A program made the position numbers and the translations under genes. From an uncultured virus (IMG/VR IMGVR_UViG_2061766007_000905) (taxonomy: Duplodnaviria; Heunggongvirae; Uroviricota; Caudoviricetes): a stretch of 64,000 nucleotides of DNA. Below, in pieces: positions 36,397 through 45,850 of this stretch (position 1 is the first letter of the stretch; every line of letters starts with the position of its first letter). The stretch is taken from the IMG/VR virus record IMGVR_UViG_2061766007_000905; one strand, 5' to 3'. Under the pieces are notes generated by a model. It worked only from the letters and a program-made list of their open reading frames with translations. It made no database searches and was not told the origin of the DNA.

Positions 36397-36729
36397 ATGC
36401 ATTATAATATTTTATTGGTCGACAAAAGAAAACATCCGAATGAATCTCAGTGGTGGACACGCTATAATATGTTCATAGAGGAAGACTTGGAAAAGATGTC
36501 CAAGTTTTACGCACATCTTTATACTCAATTCAAGAATTATATTGTAGACTGTGATGATTACCAAATGTTCGATTTGATTTTGGTGGAAGATCCGAATTAT
36601 GACCCGGATTGCGGTTCGTTCAAGTTTACGGAGGTTAACCTGTTCCAGCCGTTAATCAATAAGGAACTTGATTTCCTTATCGAACACTATGATGAATTCT
36701 GCAAAACCTGGAGTAAGCAAAATGTTTAA
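36397..36729 (+). CDS. Hypothetical protein
   Basis: EDPNYDPDCG motif shared with 7885. Confidence 0.6.
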   Translation: MHYNILLVDKRKHPNESQWWTRYNMFIEEDLEKMSKFYAHLYTQFKNYIVDCDDYQMFDLILVEDPNYDPDCGSFKFTEVNLFQPLINKELDFLIEHYDEFCKTWSKQNV

Positions 36730-37252
36730 AGAATTTCAACAACGTCTTTTACTGTCTTATATTCGTAATGAACAATCAACGGGTTTTGCTATATGGATTG
36801 CGACATTAGTATTTAGTCTTTGTTCTATAGCAATCAATATATGGTTTTATACCAGTGAATCATGTACCGGGATTTTTGAGATTATGAATATTGGTTGGTC
36901 TTGTATATTGACTATAGTCATTTTTACGTTTGCCGCTTTCTGTTCAGATGAAACTAAAATTATAAGCATGTCATCTCGTTACAGTGGTCATGTAAAATAT
37001 AACGATATTTCTATTGAAGACAGAAAAATTCTGGCTTTGAATGCATTTTATATGTTATTCTCTTGGACATTTAGCGGAGCTATTTTCATATATATCCCAT
37101 TTATTATTTTAAAGGCCATTGGAAAATTTTTAGTAGTTGTCATCCCTAGTCTCGTTATCGACCATTTTATCGGTGATATAAAACCGAAGAAAACAAAAAC
37201 TACCCTCCAAGAAGAATTTAACGATTTAATCGAGAAAAATAATGCGTTGTAA
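36722..37252 (+). CDS. Multi-pass membrane protein
   Basis: paralog of 33057. Confidence 0.6.
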   Translation: MFKEFQQRLLLSYIRNEQSTGFAIWIATLVFSLCSIAINIWFYTSESCTGIFEIMNIGWSCILTIVIFTFAAFCSDETKIISMSSRYSGHVKYNDISIEDRKILALNAFYMLFSWTFSGAIFIYIPFIILKAIGKFLVVVIPSLVIDHFIGDIKPKKTKTTLQEEFNDLIEKNNAL

Positions 37253-37529
37253 GAATTGTCCATACGAAAGTTATGACTATCAAGAAGGCTATTCGATTTG
37301 TAGCATATTTGGCGACAACGAAGATTATACCTATGAAAACGCGAAAGGCGAGCTCGGTTGTAAGTATAACCGTAAAGGGTTACAAAAATTCATCAGACTC
37401 AAGCAGCTTGAAGAAGAGGAAATCGTAAGGCAGATGGGTGACATGGCAAAATTCTGGAAAGAACAGGAAGAACTGGAAGCATCTTCTAATCAAAAGGAAA
37501 AGAAAGATCCATGCGAAACGACGACGTAA
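37242..37529 (+). CDS. Cys-containing hypothetical protein
   Basis: CKNCPY..C..GC. Confidence 0.6.
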   Translation: MRCKNCPYESYDYQEGYSICSIFGDNEDYTYENAKGELGCKYNRKGLQKFIRLKQLEEEEIVRQMGDMAKFWKEQEELEASSNQKEKKDPCETTT

Positions 37530-37966
37530 AATGCGTTGGTGACGCTAATATTTGGTATGCCGTAAACCAGGACAAATATGCAGAAACACTGGATTGGGAA
37601 TACAAATATGTCATCAAGTATAGACTTCCTGATAAATACGACCATAAGAAATTTTATCAAGAAATTAAGAATGTCCAGAAATATTATGGATATGCACAAC
37701 CATGCATACAGATGGTTCAGTTCAATGTTCATGACTGGATGTATTTTACCGATTATGAAATCGAAATACATTTCCGCGAATGGGGTTCTAACCGAAAATA
37801 CCGTAACTGGCCGACAACAATCCAAAATATTGAAGAAAGTATTCAGAGCTATATAAAGGCAATGGATGCTGAAATTACCGGACGTACGCTTTATGAAACG
37901 CCGTTAATGTATAATGATGTTTCTTACACTCTGGATTTGCCGCTCCAGAAAAAAATTCCTCAATAG
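37511..37966 (+). CDS. Hypothetical protein
   Basis: ORF in operon. Confidence 0.6.
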   Translation: MRNDDVKCVGDANIWYAVNQDKYAETLDWEYKYVIKYRLPDKYDHKKFYQEIKNVQKYYGYAQPCIQMVQFNVHDWMYFTDYEIEIHFREWGSNRKYRNWPTTIQNIEESIQSYIKAMDAEITGRTLYETPLMYNDVSYTLDLPLQKKIPQ

Positions 37967-38056
37967 GGGTTTACAAAAGAAAAATTATTTGCTATATTTA
38001 CAACGTAAAAACAAAAACACCAAAAAATTTTTTATATATAATAGAAAGGTTAAAAA

Positions 38057-38143
38057 ATGAAATTGCTTAGTTTGACACTCCTTCTACTCAGTAGCCTGCT
38101 CCTTAGCTGGTTATTGCGTCGTAGTCTAGTGGGAACTAAGTAG
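38057..38143 (+). CDS. Leu/Ser/Trp leader peptide MKLLSLTLLLLSSLLLSWLLRRSLVGTK
   Basis: AAAGGT RBS; 13 Leu using all six codons; Ser only AGT/AGC; GTGGGAACT antiterminator. Confidence 0.85.
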   Translation: MKLLSLTLLLLSSLLLSWLLRRSLVGTK

Positions 38144-38171
38144 TTCGATTGTTTAATCGTACGAGAGTTTA

Positions 38172-38205
38172 TAAGGTTCCCACAAGTTGGGAGCCTTAAT
38201 TTTTT
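38172..38205 (+). terminator. Attenuator terminator 4 nt before tRNA-Trp
   Basis: TAAGGTTCCCA caagt TGGGAGCCTTA A TTTTTT. Confidence 0.85.
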
Positions 38206-38209
38206 ATAT

Positions 38210-38283
38210 ATCTCGGTGGTGTAACGGTTTAAGCATGGCTGGCTCCAACCCAGCAGATTAGGGTTCGAATCCTTACCGGGGTG
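38210..38283 (+). tRNA. tRNA-Trp(CCA)
   Basis: GCTGG CT CCA AC CCAGC. Confidence 0.9.
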
Positions 38284-38289
38284 CTAAAA

Positions 38290-38373
38290 CGGCTTGTGGT
38301 GGAATGCAGACACAACTGACTTAAGATCAGTCGTTGGGGAGCCAGCGTGAGGGTTCAAGTCCCTCCAGGCCGA
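38290..38373 (+). tRNA. tRNA-Leu(TAA)
   Basis: ACTGA CT TAA GA TCAGT, long V arm. Confidence 0.9.
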
Positions 38374-38378
38374 TATAA

Positions 38379-38460
38379 CGGTATGTGATGGAATGTATAC
38401 ATGCGGGCTTGAGAGGTCCGTGCCCGAAAGGGATTGGGAGTGCGAGTCTCCCCGTACCGA
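38379..38460 (+). tRNA. tRNA-Leu(GAG)
   Basis: CGGGC TT GAG AG GTCCG. Confidence 0.9.
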
Positions 38461-38468
38461 TAAAATAA

Positions 38469-38525
38469 CGTCAGGTGGAGTAATTTTGGTAGCCTCGCGA
38501 GAATGAGAGTCTCGTGGTAGAAATA
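38469..38525 (+). tRNA. tRNA-Leu(GAG)-like, truncated by gap
   Basis: CGAGA AT GAG AG TCTCG. Confidence 0.6.
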
Positions 38526-38535
38526 NNNNNNNNNN

Positions 38536-38618
38536 CCTTAGGTGGTGGAATGGTATACACGGAAGTTTCAAAAACTTCTGCCCGAAAGGGCATGTGGGTT
38601 CGAGTCCCACCCTAAGGA
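38536..38618 (+). tRNA. tRNA-Leu(CAA)
   Basis: GAAGT TT CAA AA ACTTC. Confidence 0.9.
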
Positions 38619-38622
38619 TTAA

Positions 38623-38705
38623 CCCTGTGTGGCGGAATCGCAGACGCGTCGGACTTAGGATCCGATGATAGAAATATCGTCCGAGTTCAAGTCTCGGCAT
38701 AGGGA
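38623..38705 (+). tRNA. tRNA-Leu(TAG)
   Basis: TCGGA CT TAG GA TCCGA. Confidence 0.9.
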
Positions 38706-38718
38706 TAATAATTTTTAT

Positions 38719-38807
38719 CCGCTGGTGGTGGAATAGTTTATGGTAGACACAGAAGATTCAGACGCTTCCGCCTTAATGGCTTGTGGGTTCGACTCCCACC
38801 CAGCAGA
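38719..38807 (+). tRNA. tRNA-Leu(CAG), mismatched 31-39 pair
   Basis: GAAGA TT CAG AC GCTTC. Confidence 0.75.
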
Positions 38808-38825
38808 CTAAATATAGAGTATTAA

Positions 38826-38914
38826 CGAAGGTTGGCAGAATGGTAATTGCAGAAGTTTGCTAAACTTCCGAGGCTGTCAAAGGTCTCACACAGGTTCGAA
38901 CCCTGTACCTTCGG
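38826..38914 (+). tRNA. tRNA-Ser(GCT)
   Basis: GAAGT TT GCT AA ACTTC, long V arm, G73. Confidence 0.9.
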
Positions 38915-38956
38915 TTATTTTACGGAACTGGCAGACTCATCCATTATATATAATGT

Positions 38957-39540
38957 ATGGGTTCGAATATAAAACTAAATAAATGGAAATGCAGACATTG
39001 TAATAATGTGTTTGATACAAAGATGTCATTATATGAACATATGCATATAATGCATCCTGAAAATTGTTTTAAAACAAAACATAAAGAATGGATTTGCCAA
39101 TATTGCAATCAAATATTTTATTCACGACGAAAATTATATAAGCATTATTTTGGAGATATTCAGAAAAAGAAAATTTATTATATAAAATTGATAAAGAAAA
39201 AACTATTGAAGATATTAAACAATTTGAAATTAATTATCCAAATATAATAATTAAAATACAAGAAAAATTACAAAAAATAAAAATTAAAAACGAAAAGAAA
39301 CCAAAAATTAAAAAAGAATCAATATATCCAAAAGATAAATCTGGTAAAGGTAATCCAAGTATATTATCTGAAGAAATTTGGATAGAACGTAAAAATCTTA
39401 TTTTAAATTGCGGTATTGATTTAATGAAATTTGGATGGGTTGGCAAAGTTAAAAAACTAACTGGATTAACCCAACGTGAACTTGAAAATACATTGGAACA
39501 TTTTGAGTCTGAATTTAACGGAAAGTATTTTCGTAGAAAA
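38957..39540 (+). pseudogene. Internally deleted/frameshifted homing endonuclease remnant
   Basis: two C2H2-like fingers, then out-of-frame RKNLILNCGIDLMKFGW domain shared with 20707 and 26071. Confidence 0.65.
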
Positions 39541-39541
39541 A

Positions 39542-39904
39542 TTACAGATACGCCTTGATATTGTTCGCAATAGAAACGTATGCAGCAAGATAATCGGTAA
39601 TCATACCGAATAGTGGCTTTCGGATAATATCTTCTTTGGTCCAGCCATTTGTACCAATACGTGCAATCTGACAGCCATAATCTGAATCTTTGAGTTCAAG
39701 GCCGCAAGTGAACATAAATCGATTGTTAACCAATACTTTTGCGTAAAATCTTCCACTCTTATATCGACCTACGGTAATATTACTTTTACTGGAAATAGTA
39801 GTCAACTTATTGACCGTACGCGTCAAAGAATTAAGATTCGCTACAGCGATCTTGTTTGAATACGGAATTTTAAGACCGTCGATAGAAATATTTTTAGTAA
39901 ACAT
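39542..39904 (-). CDS. Hypothetical protein
   Basis: ORF with own promoter. Confidence 0.55.
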   Translation of the reverse strand: MFTKNISIDGLKIPYSNKIAVANLNSLTRTVNKLTTISSKSNITVGRYKSGRFYAKVLVNNRFMFTCGLELKDSDYGCQIARIGTNGWTKEDIIRKPLFGMITDYLAAYVSIANNIKAYL

Positions 39905-40000
39905 AGTAAATATAATTATAGAAAAAGATTCATTATTTGTAAATGGTTTTTGAAAAATTTTTACAGGCTGACAATATGTCAGCTCTTTTCTATATTAAAT

Positions 40001-40309
40001 ATGATGTTTAAGAAAGAAAATAAGGTTCATTATAATTTCATGGGTCAAGGCGCATGGAATGACCTTATCCTGTATGATATATTACAGTTGAAACCGATTC
40101 CGGAACAGATTAACGGTAATATGTTCTGGTTAAAATTCTTGATGAGACTTAAGAACGAGACTAAGATTACTGACGGTTGTCTTGCAATCGGATGCAAGGG
40201 AAGCTATATCGACTGGAATAACAAGCGTTACGAAACAGAAGAAGAATTAAAAACCCTGTGGCGAGAAATAGAAAACCGAAATATTGAAAGGATCCTGGAT
40301 ATTTTATGA
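40001..40309 (+). CDS. Hypothetical protein
   Basis: ORF behind promoter cassette. Confidence 0.55.
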   Translation: MMFKKENKVHYNFMGQGAWNDLILYDILQLKPIPEQINGNMFWLKFLMRLKNETKITDGCLAIGCKGSYIDWNNKRYETEEELKTLWREIENRNIERILDIL

Positions 40310-40608
40310 AACAAACAGACATGCCTAATTGTATATACTTTTCATTGAGTGACAATGAAATTGTATATAATTTAAAATATTTCGATAGAATCACAAGTCT
40401 TGACTATATTAAAGATTCGGATAAGCCGTTTTGGGCTGTTTATTATTATGATCCTGAAATTGAACGTGCACGTTTGGGTACCGTTGGTGCATCTTTTGAT
40501 TCTTATATCGTTTATAAAGGTGTAAAATATGAAAACACGGAAGATGTTTTTAAGCTTCAGGCCGTATTGGAAAAAGAAAAAATAGAATGTGCAATAAATG
40601 CACTATAA
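40306..40608 (+). CDS. Hypothetical protein
   Basis: ATGA overlap. Confidence 0.55.
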   Translation: MKQTDMPNCIYFSLSDNEIVYNLKYFDRITSLDYIKDSDKPFWAVYYYDPEIERARLGTVGASFDSYIVYKGVKYENTEDVFKLQAVLEKEKIECAINAL

Positions 40609-40650
40609 AAACGGTTGACAAAAGCAAACCATTATTCTATATTGTATATC

Positions 40651-41091
40651 ATGACAAAGTACGAATTCAGAATTATTAAAACAACTTCGAAACCCGTTTA
40701 TTTTAGTAATATGCTCAACTATCATAAAAATCTTAGTTCGAAGCAAAAGGAATTTTATATTGTACAATATCGGCATCCGGTATTCTTTGGGTTGTTTAAT
40801 CTTTCTTGGAAAGATGTCAAATATAACGAAGAGGAATATGCTAATTGTTATAATGTAAATATTGCTCTTAGGCCATATAAATATCCGGCATTGTATGAAA
40901 ATCTCGGAACTATTCTTCCGTCGTTTGATCAGGCACAGACGCTTCTTACGATATTCAAAAACAAGTTGAATCAAAGTACCATTTCGGAATCTGATAACGT
41001 TGTATACTATGAAGGTAAAAATCCGCCGAATAAACCTATTATTAACATCAGGTCTGAATATGACGCATTGATAGGAAATGAACAGAAGTAA
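40651..41091 (+). CDS. Hypothetical protein
   Basis: ORF behind TTGACA promoter. Confidence 0.55.
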   Translation: MTKYEFRIIKTTSKPVYFSNMLNYHKNLSSKQKEFYIVQYRHPVFFGLFNLSWKDVKYNEEEYANCYNVNIALRPYKYPALYENLGTILPSFDQAQTLLTIFKNKLNQSTISESDNVVYYEGKNPPNKPIINIRSEYDALIGNEQK

Positions 41092-41327
41092 TATGACTAC
41101 AGAATATATAGATAAGTTGCTTGAAGATTTCGAGAACTTCAAGAAAGAACATCCTGGATGTGGTCCAGCTGACAAGGCTGTATTCTGGGAAGAAAAAGCC
41201 AAAGAGCTCGCTGAACATTGCGACTGGCTGAGCGAAAGAACACCGTTAACCTAATTATCAGATTTTTTAGTTAATAAAAATTATCTTCATAGGTAATTTT
41301 TTTATATTTTACGCATAAGGAAAAATT

Positions 41328-41873
41328 ATGTGTAAATTTTGCGACAATACTTCAGATTTTAATATTGGAGATGAAAGAGACCTTCTTTACGGGCATGGAC
41401 TTACAACAAAGATGTTCATAGTCAAGGACGGTTTCAATGACGATTATTATCTTCAGATTGTAAACGACTTGACCGGAGAAAAGATTAATTCAGTAAAGAT
41501 TGTTTCTTGTCCGGTCTGCCACCGTGGACTTGGAACTAATTATATAGCTAAAGATAAAGAAAATAAATCTGAAGCCGATAATTTCTTCTCGAGCCTGTAT
41601 AATCATGGACATGATTATTCTGGCAGCAATACAAAGGAACTTGTAGAAGAAGCATGGCGAGCCATTCCGAAATATGAGGGATATTGTGGTTCTACTTATA
41701 CCAGTGACGACTGGAGAGCACTTCCTCCGACAGGAATATATGCCAACACGGCATATAAAGCACCGGAAGTTAATCATGAATATGGTTCATACAACAATGA
41801 CGCTTTGATGGAACTTATCAACTCGGCATATAAGTACATGGGTAGTGAAATCGACCGCGAGACATTAGAATAA
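41328..41873 (+). CDS. Zn-binding hypothetical protein
   Basis: MCKFC..CPVC. Confidence 0.6.
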   Translation: MCKFCDNTSDFNIGDERDLLYGHGLTTKMFIVKDGFNDDYYLQIVNDLTGEKINSVKIVSCPVCHRGLGTNYIAKDKENKSEADNFFSSLYNHGHDYSGSNTKELVEEAWRAIPKYEGYCGSTYTSDDWRALPPTGIYANTAYKAPEVNHEYGSYNNDALMELINSAYKYMGSEIDRETLE

Positions 41874-41911
41874 GCATTTACAAAATAGACTCTTTTTGTT
41901 ATATTCGTAAT

Positions 41912-42451
41912 ATGAATAAGAAGAACGAAAAAATCGCTGTTTATCCAGGTTCATTTAATCCAGTACATCCAGGGCATCTTCATGTAATCCGTCAGGCCGC
42001 ACAGATTTTTGACAAGGTTATCGTGCTTATCGCCGACAATCCGGCAAAGCAATACGATATTCCGTCGATTGCACGCGGAATCTGGATTGATGAAATGACA
42101 ACTGGCTATGACTGGTCAAACAAGGTAGTCATTGCTACTACGCATGAATCTCTTGTAGATTATTGCAAGCATAATAACGTCAGCTTTATCGTTCGCGGAA
42201 TTCGTAACGGCACAGACCTTGATTTTGAACGTAGTCAGTGCGAATATAATAAGGTTCTCAGTGACGAACCGATAAATATTAATTACGTATATTTTACCCC
42301 GCCTAGACATGCCGAACATTTGTCTTCTACTTCTGTGAAACAGTTTATCAAGTATGCCACGTTCGAAAAACTCAGCAACCTTTATTTCCTTGGTGGCTGG
42401 GGTTCGTTTCCTGATACCGTTAAGAAAATCTTTGATTCTTATAAGGAGTAG
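41912..42451 (+). CDS. coaD: Phosphopantetheine adenylyltransferase
   Basis: AVYPGSFNPVHPGH, IVRGIRN..D, LSSTSVK. Confidence 0.85.
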   Translation: MNKKNEKIAVYPGSFNPVHPGHLHVIRQAAQIFDKVIVLIADNPAKQYDIPSIARGIWIDEMTTGYDWSNKVVIATTHESLVDYCKHNNVSFIVRGIRNGTDLDFERSQCEYNKVLSDEPININYVYFTPPRHAEHLSSTSVKQFIKYATFEKLSNLYFLGGWGSFPDTVKKIFDSYKE

Positions 42452-42454
42452 TCT

Positions 42455-43363
42455 ATGGCCAGATTTATTCTTATTACAGGAATGATGGGTTCGGGCAAGT
42501 CTGCTGTTTCTGAACTTTTGCGTAAGAAACATTATATCGTTATCGACAGCGATAGCGAGGTTAAGAAACTTTACGAAGATCCTGAAATCTATCAGTTCAT
42601 TGTTTCTCGTCTCGGCAAGGATTATCTTGACGAATACAATAAGATTGACCTGAAGAAAATGCGTATGGTCTTTGCTAGTCCTACGTTGTTTTCCGAAGAA
42701 CTTATGAATCGTTTGCTTGTCAAGTTTACAAAAAATGTCGACGACAAGTATTTGAACAGCAAGGAAGTTATCTTCATCGAAGCTGCACTTACAACGGATG
42801 TTCAGAAGGTAAGGGCAAGACTCAATATCTTCGATATGGTTATCGTTCATGCTTCTGCTGATATTCGTCATAACCGTCTTATCAAGAGAACGGGCTATGC
42901 GGATATGTACATGCAGAATCTTGAAGCCCGTCAGTCGTTTGAAAATTTGAATTCTACCACTTCAGGAATCAATGTTCCGACGCACAGAGTTTATCATTTG
43001 GAAAATAACGGAACTTTGGAAGAGCTGAATACTTCAGTTATTACCGCTCTCCAGAATCTCGATATTACCCACAATGAAAAGCTTGCAACGTATATTCGTT
43101 ATCTGAAGGAATCACCGACCTATTGTCATGACAATGCTTGGTGTTATAGTTTCTTTAACTGCGGCGGTTGTAATAATTGTCCGTTCCCGTGTAAGAATAT
43201 CGACAGGGATTACAAGAAATTAAACGAAAAGTTCATTGCCGAACAGAAGAAGGCTAATTCTCCTGAAAAGAAATGGTATGAATATATTGACGCTTGGGCT
43301 GATGAATATAATCAGGCCCAAAAAGAAACCAAAGAATTTTACATTACGAGAAGTGACCGATGA
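42455..43363 (+). CDS. coaE: Dephospho-CoA kinase-like protein with Cys-rich C-terminus
   Basis: ITGMMGSGKSAV, IDSD..V..LY, IDLKKMR..VF, EAAL, R..RL..R. Confidence 0.75.
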   Translation: MARFILITGMMGSGKSAVSELLRKKHYIVIDSDSEVKKLYEDPEIYQFIVSRLGKDYLDEYNKIDLKKMRMVFASPTLFSEELMNRLLVKFTKNVDDKYLNSKEVIFIEAALTTDVQKVRARLNIFDMVIVHASADIRHNRLIKRTGYADMYMQNLEARQSFENLNSTTSGINVPTHRVYHLENNGTLEELNTSVITALQNLDITHNEKLATYIRYLKESPTYCHDNAWCYSFFNCGGCNNCPFPCKNIDRDYKKLNEKFIAEQKKANSPEKKWYEYIDAWADEYNQAQKETKEFYITRSDR

Positions 43364-44034
43364 ATAAAAAAGATGAATTCGCAATCAACTGGCTTACACT
43401 CGAAAACGATATTGTAAAAGAACCGTCTGAACTTGAAAAGGAAGCTGCTGGTGTAGTAAACGAAATTATCGAAGAACAGAAAAATAAGAAAAAGTTAAAT
43501 CCGTGGCGAACAGTTTTCCTTTATAATATGGAACAAAATGTTGCGGAATATAAAAAGACTCATGCTTGGTCTGATTTAAGTTTTGATAAATTCAAAAACT
43601 TAGGACAGAAACGTGCAGATGAAAAAACCAGAAAACCTCATACTTATGAAGAAGAAGGGGATCGACGTAAAGCTAAAGCTATAGCGGAAGAACTCGTTTC
43701 GGCAAACTTGGTTGTCAATAGTAAAGAATTGACCGATTGGATTCAAGCATGTGTCGGCAATAGGGATTTTGATGTCGTATTTGTACAGGTCGGAAGAGAG
43801 GATTGCCATAATACAATCAGGCGTGAAGGTGGCGATATAAAAATCTATCTGTATTCTGGCGGATGGAAGGCTAAAGAAGGGGTCTGGGATATTCGACATA
43901 CGGCAGAATTAGCTAAGGAAGCTCTTACCGAATCTGGTTTTAAAACTGGCGAAATTAAAAACTATGATAGAAACTATGAACGTGGCGGTTATTGTTTCGA
44001 AATTGATTTAACCTCTATGTTTAAGGAAAAGTAA
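43360..44034 (+). CDS. Hypothetical protein
   Basis: ORF in operon. Confidence 0.6.
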   Translation: MNKKDEFAINWLTLENDIVKEPSELEKEAAGVVNEIIEEQKNKKKLNPWRTVFLYNMEQNVAEYKKTHAWSDLSFDKFKNLGQKRADEKTRKPHTYEEEGDRRKAKAIAEELVSANLVVNSKELTDWIQACVGNRDFDVVFVQVGREDCHNTIRREGGDIKIYLYSGGWKAKEGVWDIRHTAELAKEALTESGFKTGEIKNYDRNYERGGYCFEIDLTSMFKEK

Positions 44035-44035
44035 T

Positions 44036-44404
44036 ATGGCTACAATATCTGACGTTATCGAATGTATGAAAGAAATGCATTGGACAAATAAAACGCCCAA
44101 GCATATGGCAGAAAAGTTTTACAAGGAAACAAAAGAACGACTTGTAAATCTTGTATTGGAAGGCGTCAAGATACGGTTGCCGGAATATGCGGTATATTTT
44201 AATCCGAACGGTCAACAAAATAAACGTGCTTGTAAAGTTCGGGCCATGTATAACCTTGATACTTGTAATAGACAGCGGATTAAACGTTGTATGGCTACAC
44301 AAAGACTTGCCGGTGAAGGTTTGACTAAGGATGTAACTGTAAAGTATATGAAGGCTTTAATGTCAAAATATCATTTAGAACATAAAGATGAATGTAAAGA
44401 ACTT
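44036..44404 (+). CDS. Hypothetical protein (3' end in gap)
   Basis: ORF in operon. Confidence 0.5.
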
Positions 44405-45055
44405 NNNNNNNNNNATTTTCTGAAGAACTTATGAATCGTCTGCTTGTCAAGTTTACAAAAAGTGTCGACGACAAATATTTGAACAGTAAGGAAGTTATCT
44501 TCATCGAAGCCGCGCTCACAACGGATGTTCAGAAGGTAAGGGCAAGACTCAATATCTTCGATATGATTATTGTTCATGCTTCTGCCGATATTCGTCATAA
44601 CCGTCTTATCAAGAGAACGGGCTATGCAGATATGTACATGCAGAATCTTGAAGCCCGTCAGTCGTTTGAAAATTTGAANNNNNNNNNNGCTGAAAAAGTC
44701 AGAACATTGAAGACAATGGTCGAAGATACCCACCGTGAAGAAGAAATTCTGAAGAAAATTGAATATTCTAACGAATATCAGAATAAGAACGCACTGATGG
44801 CAATCTATCAGGTGATTTTTGATGAAATGAAGAAGATTCAGTCTAAGGAAATCACTCGTTCCGAATACTATGTGAAGTATAGCGGAAAAAATAAAAATAA
44901 TGGTGCTCCGTTCTATGCCGTTAAGTATTTCGATGATGAAGCTTCGGCCATAGCCGGAATGCATAAGCTTATCGATAGCGACACAAGTATCGACCAGGCG
45001 GCAGTAGTCGACTGTCACGATAGAATTATTCAATCTTATACAAGAGGATATTAAT

Positions 45056-45376
45056 ATGAGTACAAAGAAAGGTATTGACGATTTGGTAGTGGATCCACGT
45101 TACCAGGCGGTCGAAAAACGCGTTCAGGAAACAAAGCTTCAGCAGATGATGTGCTTTGATAACGACACGCTTTTTAAGGAGTACTGGAAAGGCTGTCCGA
45201 AGAGACTTAAAGACTATATCATATACTATGATACGGAACATGACTATTACGAATCCGCTACGTCATTCTGTGAAGGATTTCTGATGGAAAACGGTGACGT
45301 TACCGAGAAGTTCTACGAAGCTATGTTGACTTGGCTGTCAAATCTGAAAATCGTGTGCTACTGGCCGGAAAGGTAA
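45056..45376 (+). CDS. Hypothetical protein
   Basis: GAGGA RBS. Confidence 0.6.
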   Translation: MSTKKGIDDLVVDPRYQAVEKRVQETKLQQMMCFDNDTLFKEYWKGCPKRLKDYIIYYDTEHDYYESATSFCEGFLMENGDVTEKFYEAMLTWLSNLKIVCYWPER

Positions 45377-45436
45377 AATCAGTAAATTAAATGAAGGGGT
45401 TGACAAAACCCCTATTTTTTATTATATTGTACCTAT

Positions 45437-45685
45437 ATGAAATATTCCGACGAGATAATCCTTAGCAATATCTGTGACCTCATGGACAGAGCTAAGATTC
45501 CGCATAACTGTAACGGAGATAACATTATCGAAATCAATAAGGAATACAGGATAGAAATCGATAAATCTACTACTCCGTGGCGTTGCACGTTGATGAAAAA
45601 CGGTGAAAAGGTTTATTCCGCTAATCCGACAGGAATCGTTTTGGCTACTAAGGCAGTTCTCGCAAAGAAGAAAGAAAATGTTTGA
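45437..45685 (+). CDS. Hypothetical protein
   Basis: ORF behind promoter. Confidence 0.55.
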   Translation: MKYSDEIILSNICDLMDRAKIPHNCNGDNIIEINKEYRIEIDKSTTPWRCTLMKNGEKVYSANPTGIVLATKAVLAKKKENV

Positions 45686-45850
45686 TAGACTTGAAGAAAA
45701 TGAATACGGCCAGTTTGTTGAATGGCTCCGCATAAAGTGTAAACGTCCGAAGGGCGATTGGGAGAATACAATCGCTATGATTTGGAATAAGGATGGCGGA
45801 AAGCGTATCAACAAGTGTATCGATATATTTTTAAAGGAAAAGAAGTTTAA

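Noticed and set aside
38057..38143. Leu-rich ORF as a type I toxin or signal peptide
   Set aside because: Codon set matching downstream tRNAs and antiterminator pairing fit attenuation better, though this is not excluded.
38284..38700. ORF-track entries overlapping tRNA clusters (also 1003, 6472, 20214, 21594, 25330, 25674, 27678)
   Set aside because: They translate RNA genes or antisense strands and have no RBS or protein motifs.
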